Under the pieces are notes generated by a model. That model worked only from the letters and a program-made list of their open reading frames with translations, was not told the origin of the DNA and did not search any database. Shown here one piece after another: positions 13,751-26,036 of a stretch of 64,000 nucleotides of DNA (position 1 is its first letter; each line of letters begins with the position of its first letter). Source of the stretch: Laetmonice hystrix (Eukaryota); contig OZ249436.1 in assembly GCA_965235115.1 (NCBI GenBank), positions 32,180,001 through 32,244,000 on the forward strand, in the 5' to 3' direction. The position numbers were made by a program, and so were the translations under genes.

Positions 13751-15451
13751 GGGAGGGAGGGAGGCTTACAACGGCGGGTAGCTGTTCAGGCAATCGGTCA
13801 TCGATCTATCTTGCGATGTTTCACCCTCAGGGTACATGTTGAGCCTACCGGTTTGCCCAGTGAGCTAATTCATCTCTAAAGGTAGGACGTCGAACAATTA
13901 GAAGCTCTCCCCCACTTAACAAATAGTAATTTAAATGATCTATCATTTACACTGACGAATTTATCATTTAGCGTTTGGGATCAGGCACGGAGTCCATGCC
14001 GCCAGTTGCTGCCTCAAACCGTGAAATACCTTTATCTGGATGACGTATTACCCGCGCCCGAGGTAGCTCCCCATTAATTCGCCACAAATCGTCTGGCTCT
14101 ATCTTACCGCCGATGACGCCGCTGATTACATGACGCCGTCAAGTGGCTTCGACACCTCGCGTCCCGAGTCCTAAGTCACTTTGTCGACGTCTTGTGATGT
14201 AGTTTTGGGATGAGGAAGACGTTAGTGACCCTACCACGCCATGCATTCACACGCCCTCTCTCGGCGTCGATATGCACGTTCGAGTCCTTTCGGCAGTCCG
14301 TAGAAAGGACTCTCACAGATTACATATCACTCACGGCCCAAATAGGAACATGCGCGCCACCTCACTCGTTAGATTACTATACCGGTGACATAAAGTAGGC
14401 CTAGGCCTATCGAAGAAGGACCACACTCTCTGGAGGGGCGTCAAGCAGTGATAGGCCTATTTCTTTTTTAGAACTTACGCTGGGTGTTTGTCTTTGGATT
14501 CGGCACCGGTTCGGCTGGTGTCACTGGGAAATCCGCCATAGCTTTTCAAAAGTAATAGGCCTAGTTCGGCAAGCGGTGTCCTCATTACCCACACGCCCCT
14601 GCCCGTTACCCAGGTTCCCGTACGGTATCTGTGAGCGTTCATTTCAGCAAATGGGCGCGATCGTGTGCGTTGTCGATATGACCGCCCCATTTGCTACTTC
14701 CGGTTCAAAGGATGTGGGTTTCCGGCAGGTGCCTTCTCGGTAGAGCGATTTAAGTGGCACTCAAATACAGGTTTGTTCTGATAGGCCTATAAAGGCATAT
14801 TGATGTGTTGTGTTCATGTGTTGCTGAAATACATGTATGTATTCAGAATGGCGTTCCTCCCCACTGCCACCATGGTTTTTGTTTTGGGAGCTTTAAAATT
14901 GCTCAGAGCGGCATCAGACCCAGACAGATATTTATCACTGTCTCAAATATTACTATACAACACGTCAGGTTTTACGATCATTAAGACGGTAATTTGGTCT
15001 ACTACCTGACTCGTAAGACTGTCCACATAAACAATGCGTCCAAATATAGGCTTAAAAATGTTTCAAGACAATGCTACCATCAGTACCTGTTTAATTTACC
15101 CATACAGAACTTCACTTCGCTAAAATAATGTTTTTCCTTTTTTTCATCATACAGACTTAATTAACACCCACGTGTAGAAGGCTCGCTGCACGGCATCAAA
15201 CAGAACGACATCCTTCAGTTGTCGGTACCACATCTCCGAATTCCCAGGGCTTGCTTTGTTCCCTGTGGATCGGTAGTGCCAGACAATGTTTGTTGTCTCT
15301 GGATTCCGTAGCGAGTCTGATCCAACATATAGATAAGATAGATGTATATCATCCGAACACCGCACAGTAGGGCTCTATACGATAAGCAGCTTCATTGCTA
15401 CTTCCATAATATTCTAGATGCTTGGTACGTTTTCAGCTATTTTCACATATA

Positions 15452-15672
15452 CAGAGATGTCGGAAGCAAATTTTAGGTCGGGGGGGGGGGGGGGGCAACT
15501 AGTCCCTGTCCCAAGAGCAGTTTAGGTTGTGTGCGTGGCAGTCGTAAGAGAGACAGAACTCAGCCCTCTCTAGGCCCATTGGGACATGATTTGGGGGGGG
15601 GGGGACAGTCTGCCCCCCCCCCCCAGTTTCTTTGGTGGGGGGATCGCCCCTCCCCCCGCTTCCGACATGACT
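15452..15672. mobile_element. hAT-like MITE with G/C runs
   Basis: atgtcggaagc ... gcttccgacat inverted ends; poly-G and poly-C subterminal tracts. Confidence 0.5.
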
Positions 15673-16778
15673 TCCTTAATTTACACGTAAGATAGAGCGA
15701 ATAAGTTTTAGGAAATACATAGAGAAACTTTACTAGGAGAAATATGCAGTAAAATCCCCTCGTTAAAACCTCATTAAATGATTTCTTGAAGGCAATTTAT
15801 CTTCAGGTGAAATTCGAAATAAGCGCGGATTTAGAACGAACACCACAGTCACATGCAGACAGTTACGTCATTATCCTAATTGTTTCAATTCTGATAAAAC
15901 GTCATTATAGATGTATGGGAAGTTTTTATATAAATCCTCTACTGCTCTTTTTTCTCATTCTCTCTCATATGTGATTTAGTAGCTCTTATCAAGTTCTCTG
16001 TTCAAACATCAGGACCTAATATAGGGAGATGAAGAATGATGTAGAACATGTAGGTTATCTTGCCTTCACATCTATATCAGCTTTGGTATCACATCCATAC
16101 CATTTAAACTAGCAATCTATGTAACCCTCCCTATACCACATCATCTATAATACATGAAGGCTCAAATACTGGACTACAAGTGTCACGATGAGCGAGCGAA
16201 TCTGGCCAAAGCCTCACATCCCTTACATCGCAGAACGGAAGTAAAGGGTGCCCTCAACGTTCTAGGCATCCAGGGGATATCTTGTGTGCATGGACAGCTA
16301 TACGGATTAGATGCCTAGTGGATTGCTAGAAAATAATACACGAATCAGGCTTAAGCCGGCGCTCGTCACTGGGCATGGCCTGGGGTGAGTGTAAGGCCTC
16401 GGGGTGTCATTCATCGCCCTATTGCTGGCCATCGTTAAGCCACCGTCTGAAGTGTGCAAGGCTTGACAGCTGCAGACTAGGATCCGATCATCATCGAGAA
16501 CAGAAAGGCCGATTGCCTTCTTTAACAGGACTCCCTGTACCACAGCAGGGTGGCCGGGTGAAGTATCTCCTCAAGGGGGCCGTGTCCTGGACACGTAGAT
16601 GGACGGCAGGGAGGGGGTGGGGTCGGCTGGGGGCTTTAACCAAGGACGCGCCTGGGGAAAAAACACGGCAATGTTGAAAACAGTAATGTGATTTACGAAT
16701 AGAAAACGCCCTGAATTTTAGGATAACATAAATTCTTAACACGCTTCGTCAAATATGGTTATGTAATGTCGCCCTGTG

Positions 16779-16892
16779 GTGTCTGAATGTGCCTCAATGC
16801 GGACCAGTGTCTGAATGTGCCTTAATGCGGACCAGTGTCTGAATGTGCCTCAATGCGGACCAGTGTCTGCATGTGCCTCAATGCGGACCAGT
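16779..16892. repeat. 28-bp tandem repeat x4
   Basis: gtgtctgaatgtgcctcaatgcggacca. Confidence 0.92.
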
Positions 16893-17319
16893 ATGATGTC
16901 GGGCCGTTCAGATTCCCGCAATTTCTGTGAACTTTCGCCCTTTTGTCCCAATTTCTCGCGGACAGGCGGAATGGTGTGTCGATCATCGGTCAGCGGCCCG
17001 GTCGCCTTGGAATCGTTTTCGCGCACAAAGATGTACGAAGCCAACTGGGGATAATGCGACTAGCGCAGTCTTTTGACCAAATCGTCGGCGCTCGTATACC
17101 GCACACACTTTACGCTGATGAGGTTAATTTGATAGGAGGGTTCCGTTTTGACTGTCCACTCACGTCCTAGTCGTTTCAAGATGCATGCCTCTGCCTCGGG
17201 GTCAGCACGTCCAGACGGTTATGTGCGGGAAGGGACGGGCATCAACCTGCCAAATGCCAATCTGTCAATAAACCTCCCCTACAGTACGTCAACATGATCA
17301 CTCCCACACAACCACAGCA

Positions 17320-17389
17320 AAACAACAACAGTAGCATAAACAACAACAGCAGCATAAACAACAACAGCAGCATAAACAACAACAGCAGC
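17320..17389. repeat. 18-bp (AAC/AGC-based) tandem repeat
   Basis: agcataaacaacaacagc x3-4. Confidence 0.85.
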
Positions 17390-20300
17390 GCCATATTCTA
17401 TGTAAATGTCAGGGGGTCTCCGCAAATCCGTTTAACGTCCTTCGTTGCTGTTTAAAAGGGACAAAGGGTCAACCATGGTGGGCGAGCCATCTATCGTCAT
17501 CATTTCGGTTTTGGTTGACGGGATTCATGTTTTACGAATCGACATACATATTACGAGTACCACATGACACAGAGTAGACAAGCACAGTGGCAGCGAGATA
17601 TAGAGTACAAATTGATTTCAAGTGATTGCTTATCATGGTCGAGAAAGTAGATAATTCTAGTCCTACACTCCATGGCTCCGTTCTAGACAGTCTCCTTGTT
17701 TTCTTCATTCAAAACACAAACCCTTTCTGTAAGTCAGTACTCAAGGGTAGACAACCGTGGCTTCCATAAATATAATTTAGTATTGGAATATCAATGCGAT
17801 AGAAGAGCATTGACTCGAGCAGCTCTCCCAGTTTAGTATTGGAATATCAATGCGATGTAAGAACATTGGCTAGAGCGGTCCAACCCTCCAACCCCCAGAT
17901 CTATCACGAATCCAGTAACCAGATTTCAAGATCTACACGCCATTCCTGGCATGTTCTGTAATCAGGCAGTCGTGTCAAGGACAGGCAGCGCTGCTACAAT
18001 CACGTCGGCAGTGCCATAACATTAACATTTCTTGAACGTCGAGCTTAATCTAAAAACCATCATTTACATCGCGATCTCAATCCATTACCCTAATTAAAAA
18101 ATCCCATATGTATCTCTATAGTTTGAACATTTGTGATGTTTAGACTTTCATTCTTTTGTAATCCATGTAAATGGGGGTTGTCAGGTTTTTGAAGATTTAC
18201 AGCAGCCAGTAGAAATAAAGCGTGGTCAACTCCCTTTCAGTATCGAGACCATTACATTACCAGTTTATAGTTTCGGTGCATGTTTGAAAACTGTGCTATT
18301 ATATAGGCCCCTACATGTACAGATTACGCCCAATAAAGAATGCGCGGATGAAATAGCAAATTTAAAACTCACAAACACTAACCGTTCTATCTGTCAGTTC
18401 TATTGTTTTTATCTTTAGGTAGGATTTACGATTTGTAAGTGCATGTCTCAGTACAGTTGAGCCCTGTTTTGCCGTTTCAGAAATAGCTCTTTGCCCTCCA
18501 GCATTCACATCCGTTGTGATCCAGATTCCTTGGAGGTAAGAGTGAATGGGCCGTATGGACCATTCCCGTGGAGTATAATTGCCAGGACATCCAGATCTGG
18601 AAATGTTTGGAGTTGGTGAGGTTCCAGGAGTAGATGGTTAGATATAAGAGTTACTTTCATCTTTGCATAGTTAAAATTAGGATTGAAGAAGAGGTTTGGC
18701 GCTATTGTTCCGCCTCGGTGCTTTTGCAGATGAAATAATTGAAGATCAAAGTTGATTACATCCTTCCCGATATTTTCCCTCGGGGTAGCCTATTTAAGAA
18801 TCATCCTCTGAGGAGGTGAGGATGGGATTATGTTCTGCCGTGGACTTTGCGGCAGGGACAAACAGGCCGATCCCTCGAATGGAATCATGTCGTAACACAA
18901 TCTCAATCTACTTCGTATCGTGCTCAGGGAACTTTTCATGGCAGATTTCAGTTGAGACTGAGAGAAACAGACCTGTGTTAAATTCATGGAATCATACCCC
19001 ATACAATTAATACAATCAATCAATACAGTCAATTAATACAAGCAAGCTCGTGCTGGATGGAAGTTAAAAAAAAATTCTGGTAGGGGTGTCAGAACAGGGG
19101 GCAGGGGGCCATACCCCCAATACCTAGATCCGCCCCCGTCAAGGCATAGGCTGTCCAGAGATAAACGGCTCCTGGCTTCAGCCACCTCAACAACTATAAA
19201 TAGCTTCCGACACCCCCGTCTGGTGCACATTTTTTTCGATCTAATTTAGATTATTGTTTCTATCCAGCCTGACGCCAATGACCTTTTTAAAAACAACATA
19301 TGGCTTCCCAGGCCTATAATCCTCTTCTCTTTACAATTTCTGCGTCAACATTTCACCTCACAACGTTAACTTCTAGTGCCTCAACTTCCTTTTTTGGTGT
19401 TCTCCTATAACTGAGCAAACGTGAGTCAACGTGAAAAGGAAGCGACCAATAAAGCAGGGTGAACCAAAATCGTAAAATCTGAATCTTAAAACAACAACTC
19501 CAACGACAATGTCAGCCTCAAGCTAATAAATTTAGCAGCAATTGGATTGCTTTAGGTCATTCCATGCCTGCTTACAAATTAACACCATATCACTATAGAA
19601 GAAATGTTGATATACACGAGTAGAGTAAAAGAATATAAACACACCGCCGTAAGACAAACAAAAAGTGCGTTTAGATTGTATAGGGCAATGGAAGCAGAAA
19701 CTTCCATTGTTGTAGAGACAATACGTAAGTCCACCAACGATAGACGCTCCCAAGCCTTGTGCACAATCCCTCCACTGGCCAGCGACAACATCAGGTGACC
19801 AGGCTGAAACCTTTGGCCACATCTGATGGCGGCTCTCAGAAAGGAACGCTTGTTGACACGCTGATGAGGTCAATTCTCTGGAAGACCTTTATGGTGAATG
19901 TCTTTTCAGCTTTCGCCATCAGGGAACCTTTCGTCTGAAGTGTGGGAGGCAGCTTGTCAATGGCTCTCAGAAATAGTCTGAACCCTATGCAATGCTGCAC
20001 TTCACACTTTTTAAAGACCAAATCGATCTCTACTTAAGCCACAAGAAATAAATATAAATGAATGAATGGATGAAAAAATAAATGAATGCACGAACAAACG
20101 AATGAGTGCCGGAGTCAAAGGATAAGCGGGGTCCCTCTATAAAAGGCAGAATCGTAAGAAAATGACAAGGTTGAGCTAGCGTGCAGTCTGAGCTAAATCA
20201 CATTTAAAAGTAATCTCATGAGATGCCCAGATGAGACCGAGCACCCTCTGCGTGTCCACACTTACTACGTTTACATTATGATTCCCCGGATGTACGTCTG

Positions 20301-22155
20301 ACCGACACATTCTGCCTTAGCCTCTAATGGCCTGTAGATGTCGCTTCGTTCGCCGGCAGACAGTTTCCGGAAGAAGCCGGCAATTAGAGCAGTGATGGAT
20401 GCAGGAAGGTTGTCAACCCTTGCGGCGCGGCGTTTTCCCACATTGAGCCCTTCTTATATTATAGCTTGATCCAACAAAGGCAGGGCATAACAGCCGAACA
20501 GAGATCACTCTTTAATGGCATTAGGATGGCTGTTCAAAATCGGCAGCTCGAGGAAAGCGAAATTTGGCATCGGCCGTGAAACCTTTTAACGGGCGATGGT
20601 GTTCGTAAGGCTACTGGTCACGTGATCATTTATAACAGTAACGAGCCATTAGACTGGAGTACACTTGCCGTACGGAATCGTTGGCATCCTTATAGAGCGA
20701 GGCTTTCATCAGTAAATTCACTTAATACGATTATACTTTTTTAATTCAACATTCTTTCTAATTGGTAGGATATGGCGCTTCGCTACATTATATTTCATGA
20801 TAATGCAGTAGCTCCACATATCACAAAATAAATCTAGACATCAATAATCCTTGCAGCTGTCTCGCTGTATGAATTATACGATTTAATGTAATAATATAAT
20901 CACCCTCATACTATAGCTTTTTAAGGTAACGTGTCTTATAAATCTTCACCAGATTCCGCTTGCTGCAGGTAAGATCAAAATATTGCTCCATGTCCGAAAA
21001 TAGGGTATAGAGACTAGCGCATGTCTACAGGAGCAAGGCGCTTGACCAGTAAGAAAAATGACGAATCTGAAGATGAATGAGTCGGAGCGCAGGAAAATAT
21101 AGCCGCAATGTTTCCGCTAATCGAGACATATATCTAAGGCAAAGCCGATCGGCTTGGGAACGACCATTCATCGACCAATCAATAAGTAGCCAAGAAATAC
21201 GTCTTCCTGGACCCTCCGAGACCTTGAACCTTTCCGGAAGAGAGCTGACGTTGTGGTAATTTTGCTACACACCAAACAACGCTTGGAGCTTTGCAGCAAA
21301 GCGGGCGTAATTATTTGTTGGGGATTGTGACCTTACCTCGGTCAGTATCGGTCATGTAATAGGCAAGAGTGATAGGCGTGTGAATCAGTGTATACTGTAC
21401 ACGATAGAGGGCATGTAGATGTAGTAATTTATGTGGTGGTAAAGTACTTTTCATACAGCATCGAGATAAGAATTTATCCTTACACGCATTTATTTTGAGC
21501 AGGCTAATAGAGTAGACTCTATGCTTACCTCACATCATTCCCGCCGTGTTTATTATACGGACCTCGATATTTTAGTCTCGAGACGACCATCTACAGACAG
21601 GCTTGAACTGTCTGCCTAAGAGCAGCTTGAACAGTTGATTGGGCGTGGGTTAATTTTATACTCCGCCCCCCCCCCCCCCATGTTTGGAGGAACTTCTGCA
21701 GTGGGAACCCGACCTTAGTTTCTCTCACCGAAACACGCCCTTTCACAGTCCCCTGAGCCTACAGTATACGTTTGCTGCATGCCCAAACAGGTTCTGTGTG
21801 CTCACAGGAGGCAGTAGTCATGCACTACAACCATTGTCAGGGCGATATTTTCTGTTTGATCCCTCGACTGGGGACTCAGGTGAACTGTCGGTCAGTCAGC
21901 CGCCATGTGTGTTTGACGGCACATCAGTAACGGGTCGGACGGTCAGAGGGGGCTGGCCGTAATCTCTCCGGACCAAATACGTCCGTTCACGTTATGGTGT
22001 AACTGGCCGGTGCATGTCCTAATGACTAGCCACATGTTTGGTATTGTTAGCAGCAATATTGAATAAGCTTTCACCCCGCTGCTATACCAATAATAACTAT
22101 TATTACGTCTCCCCCCAGCTGGGGGAGACGTTTTGTTTTGCACGCTGTTTCTGAC

Positions 22156-22246
<91 letters not shown>

Positions 22247-23300
22247 TTATTTCCTTCTTTTTGGAATAACTCGGCCACTGTTAGAGAGGGACAAATTTGA
22301 AATGCCCCGACAGAACCTTCTGAAAAATCTTTGTTTCTAATTATAGTGCCATTTGACCTTTGACCTCTTCCGTGGCACGAATGTGCCAACTTGTGCTGTG
22401 ATCACGATAACGCGAGAAAAATAGCCTGAATCGATCCAAAATTGGCATGTTGGCCTTCTTTCATCCGGGGCTTGGACAAGTTCGAAAACCAGTTTGGTTG
22501 ACCTAGAACTTTCAAGATGGCGGCTGATTTAAAAAAATGGCACGTGTCATTTTCTTGCCAAAGCCATAACTCGGAAAATACTGGCTGGAATAACATCAAA
22601 TTTGGTCAGCAGGGTCATCTAAGTGCCAAATTTAGATTTCCCGGAGGATACGTTCGTGTGACCCCAGATGACCTCTGTGTGACCTTCAACATTTTCGAAG
22701 TGGTTGGGCGCTTACTTGACATCAGCCCAAAAACTACCGGGGCTAGAAAGTCCTAATTTGGGGAAAAGACAACTGTGGATATTTTCTCCGGATTTTGCTA
22801 TCTTTAGCACTTCATGACCTTTGACCTCAGTACCGTGCCAACCTTAGAGAAGCCTTTTATATCCCCCAAACCCCTTACCGTATCTTTATGAAACTTGGGG
22901 GAGAAGAATCTCCAGGTCTTTGCTTACAACCGCTACACTAAGTGTTGTTCTCTACAGTTAATAGTTTCCGACTTATGAGGCCTAGAAGTGGACCATCTTT
23001 CTGACACACAGCCACACAGCGTACAAGGTCGCGTAAACAACTCCCCAGCGGGCCCGCTCCCACGGCCTCAGCCGTTGTCCCTGGCAACCCCCGCCAACCC
23101 CCAGTCAGGCGTCCTTCTCGTGGTAACTCCCCGCCAAACCCCTACACGGACCGGCGGGGTCGTTCAGTGTTCTCAGTGCCCGGCAACCCCCGCCATACTC
23201 CTGGCCACCTGACTGAGTTACATAACACTTCCACGCTCCACCAACAACCACCAACTCCTTTAGCACAGCTGGCACATCGCACACACACACACACACACAC

Positions 23301-25006
23301 TCTTACAAAAGAACAACGTATTGTATGACAGTCAGTACGGTTTTAGACCCTCACACTCAACAAATGATGCTATAACAGAATTTGTATCCAAAGTTTTAAA
23401 TTCTCTTGACAATAAGGAAAGCTGTATTGCCGTATATTTAGATCTTTCCAAGGCTTTTGATACCATTAATCACTCAATATTACTCTCTAAATTAAATCAT
23501 TATGGTATAAGAGGTAAAGCACTGGAATGGTTTGAAAGTTATTTAAATAATAGGAGGCAGTATGTTGTGTTTAATGGAACACAATCAGTTGAGAAACCAA
23601 TTGATCATGGAGTCCCACAGGGTTCTGTTCTTGGCCCACTCCTCTTCATAACTTATATAAATGACCTACCTAGGGCCCTGACCTATAGTCACCCGACTAT
23701 ATTTGCTGACGATACCACATTACTGTGTAAAGGCACTAACACTATCCACCTGTTTGAATATATGAATGATGACTTAAATAACTTATCTGAATGGTTCAAA
23801 GCAAATCGTCTCGCAGTCAATACTGCAAAAACTAAATATATGATCTTCACTAAACAACCCCTCGCATATCAGATTTTAAATCTAAATCTTATTATTAACG
23901 ATGACGTCTTAGAACAAGTGCAATATACTAAATTCCTAGGTGTTATTATAGATGATAAACTAAGTTGGGATAAACATATTAATCACGTTTCGAGTAAGGT
24001 GGCTAGTGGAATTTATGCTATGAACATGGCTAAACAACTACTCTCATCCAATCTTTTGAAACTAATTTATTACAGTCTAGTTCATCCATATCTGATCTAT
24101 GGTAACATTATGTGGGGAAACACCTATAAAAAATACACTAAAAGATTGGAGGTCTTACAAAAGAAGGCCATACGTGTTATTAGTAACTCTAAATATAACG
24201 AACCATCTTCACCGCTCTTTAAACGGACAAATATACCCAAGCTGATTGATATCCACCGTGAACAAATTGCTATGTTTATGTATCGATACATACATGCTAA
24301 TCTCCCGTGTCCACTTCTGCTCTTGTTTGACTATCAGCATGATATACACGACCATAACACAAGGCACAGCCGTGATTTAAGACCCCCCAAATTTAATACA
24401 GAAACTGTCAAAAGAAGCTTCCTCTATGAAGGTCCTGAACTCTGGATGAATCTTGATCAGACCATTAAAACTGCTAGGACAAGAAATATTTTCAAACTTT
24501 CCCTAAGAAACAAATTTATGGCTGTATATTGATGAATTTATATATATATCTATATATATATATTATATTTGAATGAATTTAAGGATTTTATAAATGACTA
24601 TAGATAAACATGGCTACACATATGACTAGTTACTCTGGAGTTTGGTATAGCTTCCTGTAGGAAGTTATGTTATTTATTATTTATTTGTGACTATACTTGA
24701 GTTTTGTATATTATCAATATGTTCTTTCGGTTGCCCATCTACCCCTAGTAATATCTGTCATCTAAACAATTATTGTCATACACAGGGTTACAGATTTTTA
24801 AATCTCTGATGGGTTTCCTTGAAAGCATACTGTTTTGTTTTTTTTGGTAATAGTACTCCCTGTACCCATAATCCACTACATGAATATGCTATAATTATGT
24901 ATCATCAATATTATTGTACAGTGTATTGTACCACATGTACTCATAATACTACAATGTATATCATTATGCTTTCAAAAATAAACTACCTACCTACCTACCT
25001 ACCTAC
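23301..25006 (+). mobile_element. 5'-truncated CR1-group (CR1/L2/Crack-like) non-LTR retrotransposon
   Basis: RT ORF followed by ~450-bp 3' UTR, AATAAA and (CTAC)6 tail; absent from the homologous site of Helentron copy B. Confidence 0.92.
23321..24532 (+). CDS. non-LTR ORF2 fragment (reverse transcriptase and C-terminus; frame intact but N-terminally truncated)
   Basis: motifs QYGFR, LDLSKAFDTINH, GVPQGSVLGPLLF, FADDT, KFLGVIID. Confidence 0.9.
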   Translation: MYDSQYGFRPSHSTNDAITEFVSKVLNSLDNKESCIAVYLDLSKAFDTINHSILLSKLNHYGIRGKALEWFESYLNNRRQYVVFNGTQSVEKPIDHGVPQGSVLGPLLFITYINDLPRALTYSHPTIFADDTTLLCKGTNTIHLFEYMNDDLNNLSEWFKANRLAVNTAKTKYMIFTKQPLAYQILNLNLIINDDVLEQVQYTKFLGVIIDDKLSWDKHINHVSSKVASGIYAMNMAKQLLSSNLLKLIYYSLVHPYLIYGNIMWGNTYKKYTKRLEVLQKKAIRVISNSKYNEPSSPLFKRTNIPKLIDIHREQIAMFMYRYIHANLPCPLLLLFDYQHDIHDHNTRHSRDLRPPKFNTETVKRSFLYEGPELWMNLDQTIKTARTRNIFKLSLRNKFMAVY

Positions 25007-25620
25007 CCACACACATACATACCTTCCTTCATACATACCGCTACTACTATTATTATATCTTTTCTTTCGCATAGAAAATCTGCCATAGCCATATCATTGC
25101 TTTTGCAACACACTAGGGCCTACTTTCATACTAATTGGTCCTCTCTCAAAAATTATATGATGTCATTACTTTAAAAAAGGGGAGACGTCCTGTTCGGACT
25201 GAACAATTTCTAGTTGTTGTCTATAATCAATGTCGGTCACATTGCAGTGAATTTTGGTACTCTCCTTACTCCTCAAGTACAGGTATCTTGGAGGTGCTAG
25301 TGTTCGTGGTTCACCTATGGCCTTGAGTATTCTTGATGTCGTAAAACTGACACGTAATATTGGACTGTTTTCTGGTTATTGGGGCCTAAGTCGTGATGAC
25401 GCCCTTTGTCGCTTGTATAAATTTCTCCTGGATTAATTTTGTTTTAGAACGTGTGGTTCACCAACCTGCCCTGGACATACATGCATGTGGATGTGCGTGG
25501 AATTCTATTCTTGCACTGGGCGGACATAAACAATAGCTGTAGCTGTTTGGACGAGAGAACTCGGGTATAATTTGACTCATTAGCAACAATCATGCTTCAA
25601 GCTCTGAAGATGCAAAGACG

Positions 25621-26036
25621 ACAGAAAGTAAACCCACCATGCACTGACCTAACTCTGCTTCACATACAGAAAGTAAACCCACCATGCAGTGACCTAACTC
25701 TGCTTCACATACAGAAAGTAAACCCACCATGCAGTGACCTAACTCTGCTTCACATACAGAAAGTAAACCCACCATGCAGTGACCTAACTCTGCTTCACAT
25801 ACAGAAAGTAAACCCACCATGCAGTGACCTAACTCTGCTTCACACACAGAAAGTAAACCCACCATGCAGTGACCTAACTCTGCTTCACACACAGAAAGTA
25901 AACCCACCATGCAGTGACCTAACTCTGCTTCACATACAGAAAGTAAACCCACCATGCAGTGACCTAACTCTGCTTCACATACGGAAAGTAAAGCCACCAT
26001 GCAGTGACCTAACTCTGCTTCACGTACAGAAAGTAA
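25621..26036. repeat. 45-bp minisatellite, ~9 copies
   Basis: acagaaagtaaacccaccatgcagtgacctaactctgcttcacat. Confidence 0.97.

Larger units (their letters stand above)
22100..25213 (+). mobile_element. non-autonomous Helentron/HINE (DINE-1-like) rolling-circle element, copy A, interrupted by a LINE
   Basis: 5' subTIR acgtctcccc with adjacent inverted copy (hairpin 22105-22131); (CT)n/(CTTT)n microsatellite; 3' subTIR ggggagacgt (25179-25188), stem-loop tgttcggactgaaca, then CTAG|TT; homologous to 39011-41911 on the opposite strand. Confidence 0.8.
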
